DNA of 64,000 bases from the NCBI GenBank assembly GCA_964016885.1, contig OZ024744.1:56048001-56112000 (forward strand), in the 5' to 3' direction. The DNA is from Eledone cirrhosa. Its lineage: Eukaryota. A program made the position numbers and the translations under genes. The notes under the pieces are model-generated. The model did not search any database, was not told where the DNA came from, and was given only the letters and a program-made list of their open reading frames with translations. Positions 30,001 through 45,000 of this stretch are shown one piece after another; positions within the stretch are counted from its first letter, which is position 1, and each line of letters opens with the position of its first letter.

Positions 30001-33000
30001 GTACTGACAGCTAGGTGGACTGTAGTCTGTGACTGAACTATATTGATCTGGTACTGATAACTAGGTGGACTGTGGTCTGTGACTGAACTATATTGATCTG
30101 GTACTGACAGCTAGGTGGACTGTGGTCTGAGACTGAACTATATTGATCTGTTACTGACAGCTAGCTGGACTGTGGTCTGAGACTGAACTATATTGATCTG
30201 GTACTGACAGCTATGTGGACTGTGGTCTGAGACTGAACTATATTGATCTGGTACTGACAGCTGGGTAGACTGCGGTCTGTGACTGAACTATATTGATCTG
30301 GTACTGACAGCTATGTGGACTGTGGTCTGAGACTGAACTATATTGATCTGGTACTGACAGCTAGGTAGACTGTGGTCTGAGACTTAACTATATTGGTCTG
30401 GTACCTTACATTGACAGTTAGGTGGACTGTGGTCTGAGACTGAACTATATTGATCTGGTACCTTACATTGACAGCTAGGTGGACTGTGGTCTGAGACTGA
30501 ACTATATTGATCTGGTACTGACAGCTAGGTGGACTGTGGTCTGAGACTGAACTAAATTGATCTGGTACTGACAGCTAGGTTGAATGTGGTCTGAGACTGA
30601 ACTATACTGATCTGGTACCTTACATTGACAGCTAGGTAGACTGTGGTCTGAGACTGAACTATATTGATCTGGTACTGACAGCTAGGTGGACTGTGGTCTG
30701 AGACTGAACTATATTGATCTGGTACCTTACATTGACAGCTAGGTAAACTGTGGTCTGAAACTGAACTATATTGATCTGGTATTGACAGCTAGGTAGACTG
30801 TGGTCTGAGACTGAACTATATTGATCTGGTACTGACAGCTATGTGGACTGTGGTCTGAGACTGAACTATATTGATCTGGTACTGACAGCTAGGTGGACTG
30901 TGGTCTGAGACTGAACTATATTGATCTGTTACTGACAGCTAGGTGGACTGTGGTCTGAGACTGAACTATATTGATCTGTTACTGACAGCTAGGTGTACTG
31001 TGGTCTGTGACTGAACTATATTGATCTGGTACTGACAGCTAGGTAGACTGTGGTCTGAGACTGAACTATATTGATCTGGTACTGACAGCTAGGTGGACTG
31101 TGGTCTGTGACTGAACTATATTGATCTGGGACTGACAGCTATGTAGACTGTGGTCTGTGACTGAACTATATTGATCTGGTATTGACAGCTAGGTGGACTG
31201 TGGTCTGAGACTGAACTATATTGATCTGGTACTCACAGCTAGGTAGACTCTGGTGTGAGACTGAACTATATTGATCTGGTACCTTACAATGACAGCTAGG
31301 TGAACTGTGGTCTGAGACTGAACAATATTGATCTGGTACTGACAGCTAGGTGGACTGTAGTCTGAGACTGAACTATATTGATCTGGTACTGACAGCTAGG
31401 TAGACTGTGGTGTGAGACTGAACTATATTGATCTGGTACCTTACATTGACAGCTGGGTAGACTGTGGTCTGAGACTGAATTATATTGATCTGGTACTGAC
31501 AGCTAGGTAGACTGTGGTCTGAGACTGAACTATATTGATCTGGTACTGACAGCTAGGTGGACTGTGGTCTGTGACTGAACTATATTGATCTGGTACTGAC
31601 AGCTAGGTAGACTGTGGTCTGAGACTGAACTATATTGATCTGGTACTGACAGCCAGGTGGACTGTGGTCTGAGACTGAACTATATTGATCTGGTACATTA
31701 CATTGACAGCTAGGTGGACTATGGTCTGGGACTGAACTATGTTGATCTGGTACTGACAGCTAGGTAGACTGTGGTCTGAGACTGAACTATATTGATCTGG
31801 TCTTGACAGCTAGGTAGATTGTGGTCTGGGACTGAACTATATTGATCTGGTACTGACAGCTATTTGGACTGTGGTCTGTGACTGAACTATATTGATCTGG
31901 TACTGACAGCTAGGTGGACTGTGGTCTGTGACTGAACTATATTGATCTGGTACTGATAACTAGGTGGACTGTGGTCTGTGACTGAACTATATTGATCTGG
32001 TACTGATAGCTAGGTGGACTGTGGTCTGTAACTGAACTATATTGATATGGTACTGACGGCTAGGTGTACTGTAGTCTGAGACTGAACTGTATTGAGCTGG
32101 TTCTGACAGCTAGGTAGACTGTGGTCTGAGACTGAACTATATTGATCTGGTATCTTACATTGACAGCTAGGTGGACTGTGGTCTGTGACTGAACTATATT
32201 GATCTGGTACTGACAGCTAGGTAGACTGTGGTCTGAGATTGAACTATATTGATGTGGTACTGACAGCTAGGTGGACTTTGGTCTGAGACTGAACTATATT
32301 GATCTGGTACCTTTCATTGACAGCTAGGTAGACTGTGGTCTGAGACTGGACTATATTGATCTGGTACTGACAGCTAGGTAGACTGTGGTCTGAGACTGAA
32401 CTATATTGATCTGGTGCTGACAGCTAGGTGGACTGTGGTCTGTGACTTAACTATATTGATCTGGTACTGACAGCCAGGTGGACTGTGGTCTGAGACTGAA
32501 CTATATTGATCTGGTACCTTACATTGACAGCTAGGTAGACTGTGGTCTGTGACTGAACTATATTGATCTGGTACTGACAGCTAGGTAGACTGTGGTCTGA
32601 GACTGAACTATATTGATCTGGTACCTTACATTGACAGCTAGGTAGACTGTGGTCTGTGACTGAACTATATTGATCTGGTACTGACAGCTAGGTGGACTGT
32701 GGTCTGAGACTGAACTATATTGATCTGTTACTGACAGCTAGATGGACTGTTGGGCTGTGACTGAACTATATTTATCAGGTACTGACAGCTAGGTGGACTG
32801 TGGTCTGAGACTGAACTATATTGATCTGTTACTGACAGCTAGCTGGACTGTGGTCTGAGACTGAACTATATTGATCTGGTACTGACAGCTAGGTGGACTG
32901 CAGTCTGTGAATGAACTATATTGATCTGGTACTGACAGCTAGGTAGACTGTGGTCTGAGACTGAACTATATTGATCTGGTACCTTACATTGACAGCTAGG

Positions 33001-36000
33001 TGGACTGTGGTCTGAGACTAAACTATATTGATCTGGTACTGACAGCTAGGTGGACTGTGGTCTGAGACTGAACTAAATTGATCTGGTACTGACAGCTAGG
33101 TAGAATGTGGTCTGAGACTGAACTATACTGATCTGGTACCTTATATTGACAGCTAGGTAGACTGTGGTCTGAGACTGAACTATATTGATCTGGTACTGAC
33201 AGCTAGGTGGACTGTGGTCTGTGACTGAACTATATTGATCTGGTACTGACAGCTAGGTGGACTGTGGTCTGTGACTGAACTATATTGATCTGGTACCTTA
33301 CATTGACAGCTAGGTAAACTGTGGTCTGAGACTGAAATATATTGATCTGGTATTGACAGCTAGGTAGACTGTGGTCTGAGACTGAACTATATTGATCTGG
33401 TACTGACAGCTATGTGGACTGTGGTCTGAGACTGAACTATATTGATCTGTTACTGACATCTAGGTGGACCGTGGTCTGAGACTGAACTATATTGATCTGT
33501 TACTGACAGCTAGGTGTACTGTGGTCTGTGACTGAACTATATTGATCTGGTACTGACAGCTATGTGGACTGTGGTCTGTGACTGAACTATATTGATCTGG
33601 TACTGACAGCTAGGTGGACCGTGGTCTGAGACTGAACTATATTGATCTGTTACTGACAGCTAGGTGTACTGTGGTCTGTGACTGAACTATATTGATCTGG
33701 TACTGACAGCTAGGTAGACTGTGGTCTGAGACTGAACTATATTGATCTGGTTCTGACAGCTAGGTGGACTGTGGTCTGTGACTGAACTATATTGATCTGG
33801 TACTGACAGCTATGTAGATTGTGGTCTGTGAGTGAACTATATTGATCTGGTACTGACAGCTAGGTGGACTGTGGTCTGAGACTGAACTATATTGATCTGG
33901 TACTCACAGCTAGGTAGACTCTGGTGTGAGACTGAACTATATTGATCTGGTACCTTACAATGACAGCTAGGTGAACTGTGGTCTGAGACTGAACAATATT
34001 GATCTGGTACTGACAGCTAGGTGGACTGTAGTCTGAGACTGAACTATATTGATCTGGTACTGACAGCTAGGTAGACTGTGGTGTGAGACTGAACTATATT
34101 GATCTGGTACCTTACATTGACAGCTAGGTAGACTGTGGTCTGAGACTGAATTATATTGATCTGGTACTGACAGCTAGGTAGACTGTGGTCTGAGACTGAA
34201 CTATATTGATCTGGTACTGACAGCTAGGTGGACTGTGGTCTGTGACTGAACTATATTGATCTGGTACTGACAGCTAGGTAGACTGTGGTCTGAGACTGAA
34301 CTATATTGATCTGGTACTGACAGCCAGGTGGACTGTGGTCTGAGACTGAACTATATTGATCTGGTACATTAGATTGACAGCTAGGTGGACTATGGTCTGG
34401 GACTGAACTATGTTGATCTGGTACTGACAGCTAGGTAGACTGTGGTCTGAGACTGAACTATATTGATCTGGTCTTGACAGCTAGGTAGATTGTGGTCTGG
34501 GACTGAACTATATTGATCTGGTACTGACAGCTATTTGGACTGTGGTCTGTGACTGAACTATATTGATCTGGTACTGACAGCTAGGTGGACTGTGGTCTGT
34601 GACTGAACTATATTGATCTGGTACTGATAACTAGGTGGACTGTGGTCTGTGACTGAACTATATTGATCTGGTACTGATAGCTAGGTGGACTGTGGTCTGT
34701 AACTGAACTATATTGATATGGTACTGACGGCTAGGTGTACTGTGGTCTGAGACTGAACTGTATTGAGCTGGTTCTGACAGCTAGGTAGACTGTGGTCTGA
34801 GACTGAACTATATTGATCTGGTATCTTACATTGACAGCTAGGTGGACTGTGGTCTGTGACTGAACTATATTGATCTGGTACTGACAGCTAGGTAGACTGT
34901 GGTCTGAGATTGAACTATATTGATGTGGTACTGACAGCTAGGTGGACTTTGGTCTGAGACTGAACTATATTGATCTGGTACCTTTCATTGACAGCTAGGT
35001 AGACTGTGGTCTGAGACTGGACTATATTGATCTGGTACTGACAGCTAGGTAGACTGTGGTCTGAGACTGAACTATATTGATCTGGTGCTGACAGCTAGGT
35101 GGACTGTGGTCTGTGACTTAACTATATTGATCTGGTACTGACAGCCAGGTGGACTGTGGTCTGAGACTGAACTATATTGATCTGGTACCTTACATTGACA
35201 GCTAGGTAGACTGTGGTCTGTGACTGAACTATATTGATCTGGTACTGACAGCTAGGTAGACTGTGGTCTGAGACTGAACTATATTGATCTGGTACCTTAC
35301 ATTGACAGCTAGGTAGACTGTGGTCTGTGACTGAACTATATTGATCTGGTACTGACAGCTAGGTGGACTGTGGTCTGAGACTGAACTATATTGATCTGTT
35401 ACTGACAGCTAGATGGACTGTTGGGCTGTGACTGAACTATATTTATCTGGTACTGACAGCTAGGTGGACTGTGGTCTGAGACTGAACTATATTGATCTGT
35501 TACTGACAGCTAGCTGGACTGTGGTCTGAGACTGAACTATATTGATCTGGTACTGACAGCTAGATGGACTGCAGTCTGTGAATGAACTATATTGATCTGG
35601 TACTGACAGCTAGGTAGACTGTGGTCTGAGACTGAACTATATTGATCTGGTACCTTACATTGACAGCTAGGTGGACTGTGGTCTGAGACTAAACTATATT
35701 GATCTGGTACTGACAGCTAGGTGGACTGTGGTCTGAGACTGAACTAAATTGATCTGGTACTGACAGCTAGGTAGAATGTGGTCTGAGACTGAACTATACT
35801 GATCTGGTACCTTATATTGACAGCTAGGTAGACTGTGGTCTGAGACTGAACTATATTGATCTGGTACTGACAGCTAGGTGGACTGTGGTCTGTGACTGAA
35901 CTATATTGATCTGGTACTGACAGCTAGGTGGACTGTGGTCTGTGACTGAACTATATTGATCTGGTACCTTACATTGACAGCTAGGTAAACTGTGGTCTGA

Positions 36001-39000
36001 GACTGAAATATATTGATCTGGTATTGACAGCTAGGTAGACTGTGGTCTGAGACTGAACTATATTGATCTGGTACTGACAGCTATGTGGACTGTGGTCTGA
36101 GACTGAACTATATTGATCTGTTACTGACAGCTAGGTGGACCGTGGTCTGAGACTGAACTATATTGATCTGTTACTGACAGCTAGGTGTACTGTGGTCTGT
36201 GACTGAACTATATTGATCTGGTACTGACAGCTAGGTAGACTGTGGTCTGAGACTGAACTATATTGATCTGGTTCTGACAGCTAGGTGGACTGTGGTCTGT
36301 GACTGAACTATATTGATCTGGTACTGACAGCTATGTAGATTGTGGTCTGTGAGTGAACTATATTGATCTGGTACTGACAGCTAGGTGGACTGTGGTCTGA
36401 GACTGAACTATATTGATCTGGTACTGACAGCTAGGTAGACTCTGGTGTGAGACTGAACTATATTGATCTGGTACTGACAGCTAGGTAGACTCTGGTGTGA
36501 GACTGAACTATATTGATCTGGTACCTTACAATGACAGCTAGGTGAATTGTGGTCTGAGACTGAACTATATTGATCTGGTACTGACAGCTAGGTGGACTGT
36601 AGTCTGAGGCTGAACTATATTGATCTGGTACTGACAGCTAGGTAGACTGTGGTCTGAGACTGAACTATATTGAACTGGTACTGACAGCTAGGTAGACTGT
36701 GGTCTGTGACTGAACTATATTGATCTGGTACTTTACATTGACACCTAGGTGGACTGTGGTCTGAGACTGAACTATATTGATCTGGTACCTTACATTGACA
36801 GCTAGGTGGACTATTGGTCTGAGATTGAACTATAATTATCTGGTACCTTACATTGACAGCTAGGTGGACTGTGGTCTGAGACTGAACTATATTGATCTGG
36901 TACTGACAGCTAGGTAGACTGTGGTCTGAGACTGAACTATATTGATCTGGTACTGACAGCTAGGTGGACTGTGGTCTGTGACTGAACTATATTGATCTGG
37001 TACTGACAGCTAGGTAGACTGTGGTCTGAGACTGAACTATATTGATCTGGTACTGACAGCCAGGTGGACTGTGGTCTGAGACTGAACTATATTGATCTGG
37101 TACATTACATTGACAGCTAGGTGGACTATGGTCTGGGACTGAACTATGTTGATCTGGTACTGACAGCTAGGTAGACTGTGGTCTGAGACTGAACTATATT
37201 GATCTGGTCTTGACAGCTAGGTAGATTGTGGTCTGGGACTGAACTATATTGATCTGGTACTGACAGCTATTTGGACTGTGGTCTGTGACTGAACTATATT
37301 GATCTGGTACTGACAGCTAGGTGGACTGTGGTCTGTGACTGAACTATATTGATCTGGTACTGATAACTAGGTGGACTGTGGTCTGTGACTGAACTATATT
37401 GATCTGGTACTGATAGCTAGGTGGACTGTGGTCTGTAACTGAACTATATTGATATGGTACTGACGGCTAGGTGTACTGTAGTCTGAGACTGAACTGTATT
37501 GAGCTGGTTCTGACAGCTAGGTAGACTGTGGTCTGAGACTGAACTATATTGATCTGGTATCTTACATTGACAGCTAGGTGGACTGTGGTCTGTGACTGAA
37601 CTATATTGATCTGGTACTGACAGCTAGGTAGACTGTGGTCTGAGATTGAACTATATTGATGTGGTACTGACAGCTAGGTGGACTTTGGTCTGAGACTGAA
37701 CTATATTGATCTGGTACCTTTCATTGACAGCTAGGTAGACTGTGGTCTGAGACTGGACTATATTGATCTGGTACTGACAGCTAGGTAGACTGTGGTCTGA
37801 GACTGAACTATATTGATCTGGTGCTGACAGCTAGGTGGACTGTGGTCTGTGACTTAACTATATTGATCTGGTACTGACAGCCAGGTGGACTGTGGTCTGA
37901 GACTGAACTATATTGATCTGGTACCTTACATTGACAGCTAGGTAGACTGTGGTCTGTGACTGAACTATATTGATCTGGTACTGACAGCTAGGTAGACTGT
38001 GGTCTGAGACTGAACTATATTGATCTGGTACCTTACATTGACAGCTAGGTAGACTGTGGTCTGTGACTGAACTATATTGATCTGGTACTGACAGCTAGGT
38101 GGACTGTGGTCTGAGACTGAACTATATTGATCTGTTACTGACAGCTAGATGGACTGTTGGGCTGTGACTGAACTATATTTATCTGGTACTGACAGCTAGG
38201 TGGACTGTGGTCTGAGACTGAACTATATTGATCTGTTACTGACAGCTAGCTGGACTGTGGTCTGAGACTGAACTATATTGATCTGGTACTGACAGCTAGG
38301 TGGACTGCAGTCTGTGAATGAACTATATTGATCTGGTACTGACAGCTAGGTAGACTGTGGTCTGAGACTGAACTATATTGATCTGGTACCTTACATTGAC
38401 AGCTAGGTGGACTGTGGTCTGACACTAAACTATATTGATCTGGTACTGACAGCTAGGTGGACTGTGGTCTGAGACTGAACTAAATTGATCTGGTACTGAC
38501 AGCTAGGTAGAATGTGGTCTGAGACTGAACTATACTGATCTGGTACCTTATATTGACAGCTAGGTAGACTGTGGTCTGAGACTGAACTATATTGATCTGG
38601 TACTGACAGCTAGGTGGACTGTGGTCTGTGACTGAACTATATTGATCTGGTACTGACAGCTAGGTGGACTGTGGTCTGTGACTGAACTATATTGATCTGG
38701 TACCTTACATTGACAGCTAGGTAAACTGTGGTCTGAGACTGAAATATATTGATCTGGTATTGACAGCTATGTGGACTGTGGTCTGAGACTGAACTATATT
38801 GATCTGTTACTGACATCTAGGTGGACCGTGGTCTGAGACTGAACTATATTGATCTGTTACTGACAGCTAGGTGTACTGTGGTCTGTGACTGAACTATATT
38901 GATCTGGTACTGACAGCTATGTGGACTGTGGTCTGTGACTGAACTATATTGATCTGGTACTGACAGCTAGGTGGACCGTGGTCTGAGACTGAACTATATT

Positions 39001-42000
39001 GATCTGTTACTGACAGCTAGGTGTACTGTGGTCTGTGACTGAACTATATTGATCTGGTACTGACAGCTAGGTAGACTGTGGTCTGAGACTGAACTATATT
39101 GATCTGGTTCTGACAGCTAGGTGGACTGTGGTCTGTGACTGAACTATATTGATCTGGTACTGACAGCTATGTAGATTGTGGTCTGTGAGTGAACTATATT
39201 GATCTGGTACTGACAGCTAGGTGGACTGTGGTCTGAGACTGAACTATATTGATCTGGTACTCACAGCTAGGTAGACTCTGGTGTGAGACTGAACTATATT
39301 GATCTGGTACCTTACAATGACAGCTAGGTGAACTGTGGTCTGAGACTGAACAATATTGATCTGGTACTGACAGCTAGGTGGACTGTAGTCTGAGACTGAA
39401 CTATATTGATCTGGTACTGACAGCTAGGTAGACTGTGGTGTGAGACTGAACTATATTGATCTGGTACCTTACATTGACAGCTAGGTAGACTGTGGTCTGA
39501 GACTGAATTATATTGATCTGGTACTGACAGCTAGGTAGACTGTGGTCTGAGACTGAACTATATTGATCTGGTACTGACAGCTAGGTGGACTGTGGTCTGT
39601 GACTGAACTATATTGATCTGGTACTGACAGCTAGGTAGACTGTGGTCTGAGACTGAACTATATTGATCTGGTACTGACAGCCAGGTGGACTGTGGTCTGA
39701 GACTGAACTATATTGATCTGGTACATTAGATTGACAGCTAGGTGGACTATGGTCTGGGACTGAACTATGTTGATCTGGTACTGACAGCTAGGTAGACTGT
39801 GGTCTGAGACTGAACTATATTGATCTGGTCTTGACAGCTAGGTAGATTGTGGTCTGGGACTGAACTATATTGATCTGGTACTGACAGCTATTTGGACTGT
39901 GGTCTGTGACTGAACTATATTGATCTGGTACTGACAGCTAGGTGGACTGTGGTCTGTGACTGAACTATATTGATCTGGTACTGATAACTAGGTGGACTGT
40001 GGTCTGTGACTGAACTATATTGATCTGGTACTGATAGCTAGGTGGACTGTGGTCTGTAACTGAACTATATTGATATGGTACTGACGGCTAGGTGTACTGT
40101 GGTCTGAGACTGAACTGTATTGAGCTGGTTCTGACAGCTAGGTAGACTGTGGTCTGAGACTGAACTATATTGATCTGGTATCTTACATTGACAGCTAGGT
40201 GGACTGTGGTCTGTGACTGAACTATATTGATCTGGTACTGACAGCTAGGTAGACTGTGGTCTGAGATTGAACTATATTGATGTGGTACTGACAGCTAGGT
40301 GGACTTTGGTCTGAGACTGAACTATATTGATCTGGTACCTTTCATTGACAGCTAGGTAGACTGTGGTCTGAGACTGGACTATATTGATCTGGTACTGACA
40401 GCTAGGTAGACTGTGGTCTGAGACTGAACTATATTGATCTGGTGCTGACAGCTAGGTGGACTGTGGTCTGTGACTTAACTATATTGATCTGGTACTGACA
40501 GCCAGGTGGACTGTGGTCTGAGACTGAACTATATTGATCTGGTACCTTACATTGACAGCTAGGTAGACTGTGGTCTGTGACTGAACTATATTGATCTGGT
40601 ACTGACAGCTAGGTAGACTGTGGTCTGAGACTGAACTATATTGATCTGGTACCTTACATTGACAGCTAGGTAGACTGTGGTCTGTGACTGAACTATATTG
40701 ATCTGGTACTGAAAGCCAGGTGGACTGTGGTCTGAGACTGAACTATATTGATCTGTTACTGACAGCTAGATGGACTGTTGGGCTGTGACTGAACTATATT
40801 TATCTGGTACTGACAGCTAGGTGGACTGTGGTCTGAGACTGAACTATATTGATCTGTTACTGACAGCTAGCTGGACTGTGGTCTGAGACTGAACTATATT
40901 GATCTGGTACTGACAGCTAGATGGACTGCAGTCTGTGAATGAACTATATTGATCTGGTACTGACAGCTAGGTAGACTGTGGTCTGAGACTGAACTATATT
41001 GATCTGGTACCTTACATTGACAGCTAGGTGGACTGTGGTCTGAGACTAAACTATATTGATCTGGTACTGACAGCTAGGTGGACTGTGGTCTGAGACTGAA
41101 CTAAATTGATCTGGTACTGACAGCTAGGTAGAATGTGGTCTGAGACTGAACTATACTGATCTGGTACCTTATATTGACAGCTAGGTAGACTGTGGTCTGA
41201 GACTGAACTATATTGATCTGGTACTGACAGCTAGGTGGACTGTGGTCTGTGACTGAACTATATTGATCTGGTACTGACAGCTAGGTGGACTGTGGTCTGT
41301 GACTGAACTATATTGATCTGGTACCTTACATTGACAGCTAGGTAAACTGTGGTCTGAGACTGAAATATATTGATCTGGTATTGACAGCTAGGTAGACTGT
41401 GGTCTGAGACTGAACTATATTGATCTGGTACTGACAGCTATGTGGACTGTGGTCTGAGACTGAACTATATTGATCTGTTACTGACAGCTAGGTGGACCGT
41501 GGTCTGAGACTGAACTATATTGATCTGTTACTGACAGCTAGGTGTACTGTGGTCTGTGACTGAACTATATTGATCTGGTACTGACAGCTAGGTAGACTGT
41601 GGTCTGAGACTGAACTATATTGATCTGGTTCTGACAGCTAGGTGGACTGTGGTCTGTGACTGAACTATATTGATCTGGTACTGACAGCTATGTAGATTGT
41701 GGTCTGTGAGTGAACTATATTGATCTGGTACTGACAGCTAGGTGGACTGTGGTCTGAGACTGAACTATATTGATCTGGTACTGACAGCTAGGTAGACTCT
41801 GGTGTGAGACTGAACTATATTGATCTGGTACTGACAGCTAGGTAGACTCTGGTGTGAGACTGAACTATATTGATCTGGTACCTTACAATGACAGCTAGGT
41901 GAATTGTGGTCTGAGACTGAACTATATTGATCTGGTACTGACAGCTAGGTGGACTGTAGTCTGAGACTGAACTATATTGATCTGGTACTGACAGCTAGGT

Positions 42001-45000
42001 AGACTGTGGTCTGAGACTGAACTATATTGAACTGGTACTGACAGCTAGGCAGACTGTGGTCTGTGACTGAACTATATTGATCTGGTACTTTACATTGACA
42101 CCTAGGTGGACTGTGGTCTGAGACTGAACTATATTGATCTGGTACCTTACATTGACAGCTAGGTGGACTATTGGTCTGAGATTGAACTATAATTATCTGG
42201 TACCTTACATTGACAGCTAGGTGGACTGTGGTCTGAGACTGAACTATATTGATCTGGTACTGACAGCTAGGTAGACTGTGGTCTGAGACTGAACTATATT
42301 GATCTGGTACCTTAAATTGACAGCTAGGTAAACTGTGGTCTGAGACTGAACTATATTGATCTGGTATTGACAGCTAGGTAGACTGTGGTCTGAGACTGAA
42401 CTATATTGATCTGGTACTGACAGCTATGTGGACTGTGGTCTGAGACTGAACTATATTGATCTTGTAGTAACAGCTAGGTGGACTGTGGTCTGAGACTGAA
42501 CTATATTGATCTGTTACTGACAGCTAGGTGGACTGTGGTCTGAGACTGAACTATATTGATCTGTTACTGACAGCTAGGTGTACTGTGGTCTGTGACTGAA
42601 CTATATTGATCTTGTACTGACAGCTAGGTGGACTGTGGTCTGAGACTGAACTATATTGATCTGGTACTGACAGCTAGGTAGACTCTGGTGTGAGACTGAA
42701 CTATATTGATCTGGTACCTTACAATGACAGCTAGGTGAACTGTGGTCTGAGACTGAACTATATTGATCTGGTACTGACAGCTAGGTGCACTGTAATCTGA
42801 GTCTGAGCTATATTGATCTGGTACTGACAGCTAGGTAGACTGTGGTGTGAGACTGAACTATATTGATCCGGTACCTTACATTGACAGCTAGGTAGACTGT
42901 GGTCTGAGACTGAATTATATTGATCTGGTACTGACAGCTAAGTAGACTGTGGTCTGAGACTGAACTATATTGATCTGGTACTGACAGCTAGGTGGACTGT
43001 GGTCTGTGACTGAACTATATTGATCTGGTACTGACAGCTAGGTAGACTGTGGTCTGAGACTGAACTATATTGATCTGGTACCTTACATTGACAGCTATGT
43101 AGACTGTGGTCTGTGACTGAACTATATTGATCCGGTACTGACAGCTAGGTAGACCGTGGTCTGAGACTGAACTATATTGATCTGGTACTGATAACTAGGT
43201 GGACTGTGGTCTGTGACTGAACTATATTGATCTGGTACTGACAGCTAGGTGGACTGTGGTCTGTGACTGAACTATATTGATCTGGTACTGATAGCTAGGT
43301 GGACTGTGGTCTGTAACTGAACTATATTGATCTGGTACTGAAAGCTAGGTGGACTGTGGTCTGAGACTGAACTATATTGATCTGGTACTGACAGCTAGGT
43401 GGACTGTGGTCTGAGACTGAACTATATTGATCTGGTACCTTACATTGACAGCTAGGTGGACTGTGCTCTGTGACTGAACTATATTGATCTGCTACTGACA
43501 GCTATGTAGACTGTGGTCTGAGATTGAACTATATTGATGTGGTACTGACAGCTAGGTGGACTGTGGTCTGAGACTGAACTATATTGATCTGGTACCTCTC
43601 ATTGACAGCTAGGTAGACTGTGGTCTGAGACTGAACTATATTGATCTGGTACTGACAGCTAGGTAGACTGTGTTGTGAGACTGAACTATATTGATCTGGT
43701 ACCTTACATTGACAGCTAGGTAGACTGTGGTCTGAGACTGAATTATATTGATCTGGTACTGGCAGCTAGGTAGACTGTGGTCTTGAGACTGAACTATATT
43801 GATCTGGTACCTTACATTGACAGCTAGGTAGACTGTGGTCTGAGACTGAATTATATTGATCTGGTACTGACAACTAGGTAGACTGTGGTCTGAGACTGAA
43901 CTATATTGATCTGGTACTGACAGCTAGGTAGACTGTGGTCTTGAGACTGAACTATATTGATCTGGTACCTTACATTGACAGCTAGGTAGACTGTGGTCTG
44001 TGACTGAACTATATTGATCTGGTACTGACAGCTAGGTGGACTGTGTTCTGAGACTGAACAATATTGATCTGCTACTGACAGCTAGATGGACTGTGGTCTG
44101 AGACTGAACTATATTGATCTGATACTGACAACTAGATGGACTGTGGTCTGTGACTGAACTATATTGATCTGGTACTGATAGCTAGGTGGACTGGGGTCTG
44201 AGACTGAACTATATTGATCTGGTACTTACAGCTAGGTGGACTGTGGTCTGAGACTGAACTATATTGATCTGGTACCTTCATTGACAGCTAGGAAGACTGT
44301 GGTCTGAGACTGAACTATATTGATCTGGTACTGACAGCTAGGTGGACTGGGGTCTGAGACTGAACTATATTGATCTGGTACTTACAGCTAGGTGGACTGC
44401 GGTCTGTGACTAAACTATATTGATCTGGTACTGACAGCTAGGTGGACTGTGGTCTGTGACTGAACTATATTGATCTGGTACTGACAGCTAGGTGGACTGT
44501 AGTCTGTGACTGAACTATATTGATCTGGTACTGACAGCTAGGTGGACTGTGGTCTGAGACTGAACTATATTGATCTGGTACCTTACATTGACAGCTAGGT
44601 AAACTGTGGTCTGAGACTGAACTATATTGATCTGGTATTGACAGCTAGGTAGACTGTGGTCTGAGACTGAACTATATTGATCTGGTACTGGCAGCTATGT
44701 GGACTGTGGTCTGAGACTGAACTATATTGATCTGGTACTGACACCTAGGTGGACAGTGGTCTGAGACTGAACTATATTGATCTGTTACTGACAGCTAGGG
44801 GACTGTGGTCTGACACTGAACTCTATTGATCTGTTACTGACAGCTAGGTGTACTGTGGTCTGTCACTGAACTATATTGATCTGGTACTGACAGCTAGGTA
44901 GACTGTGGTCTGAGACTGAACTATATTGATCTGGTACTGACAGCTAGGTGGACTGTGATCTGTGACTGAACGATATTTATCTGGTACTGACAGCTATGTA

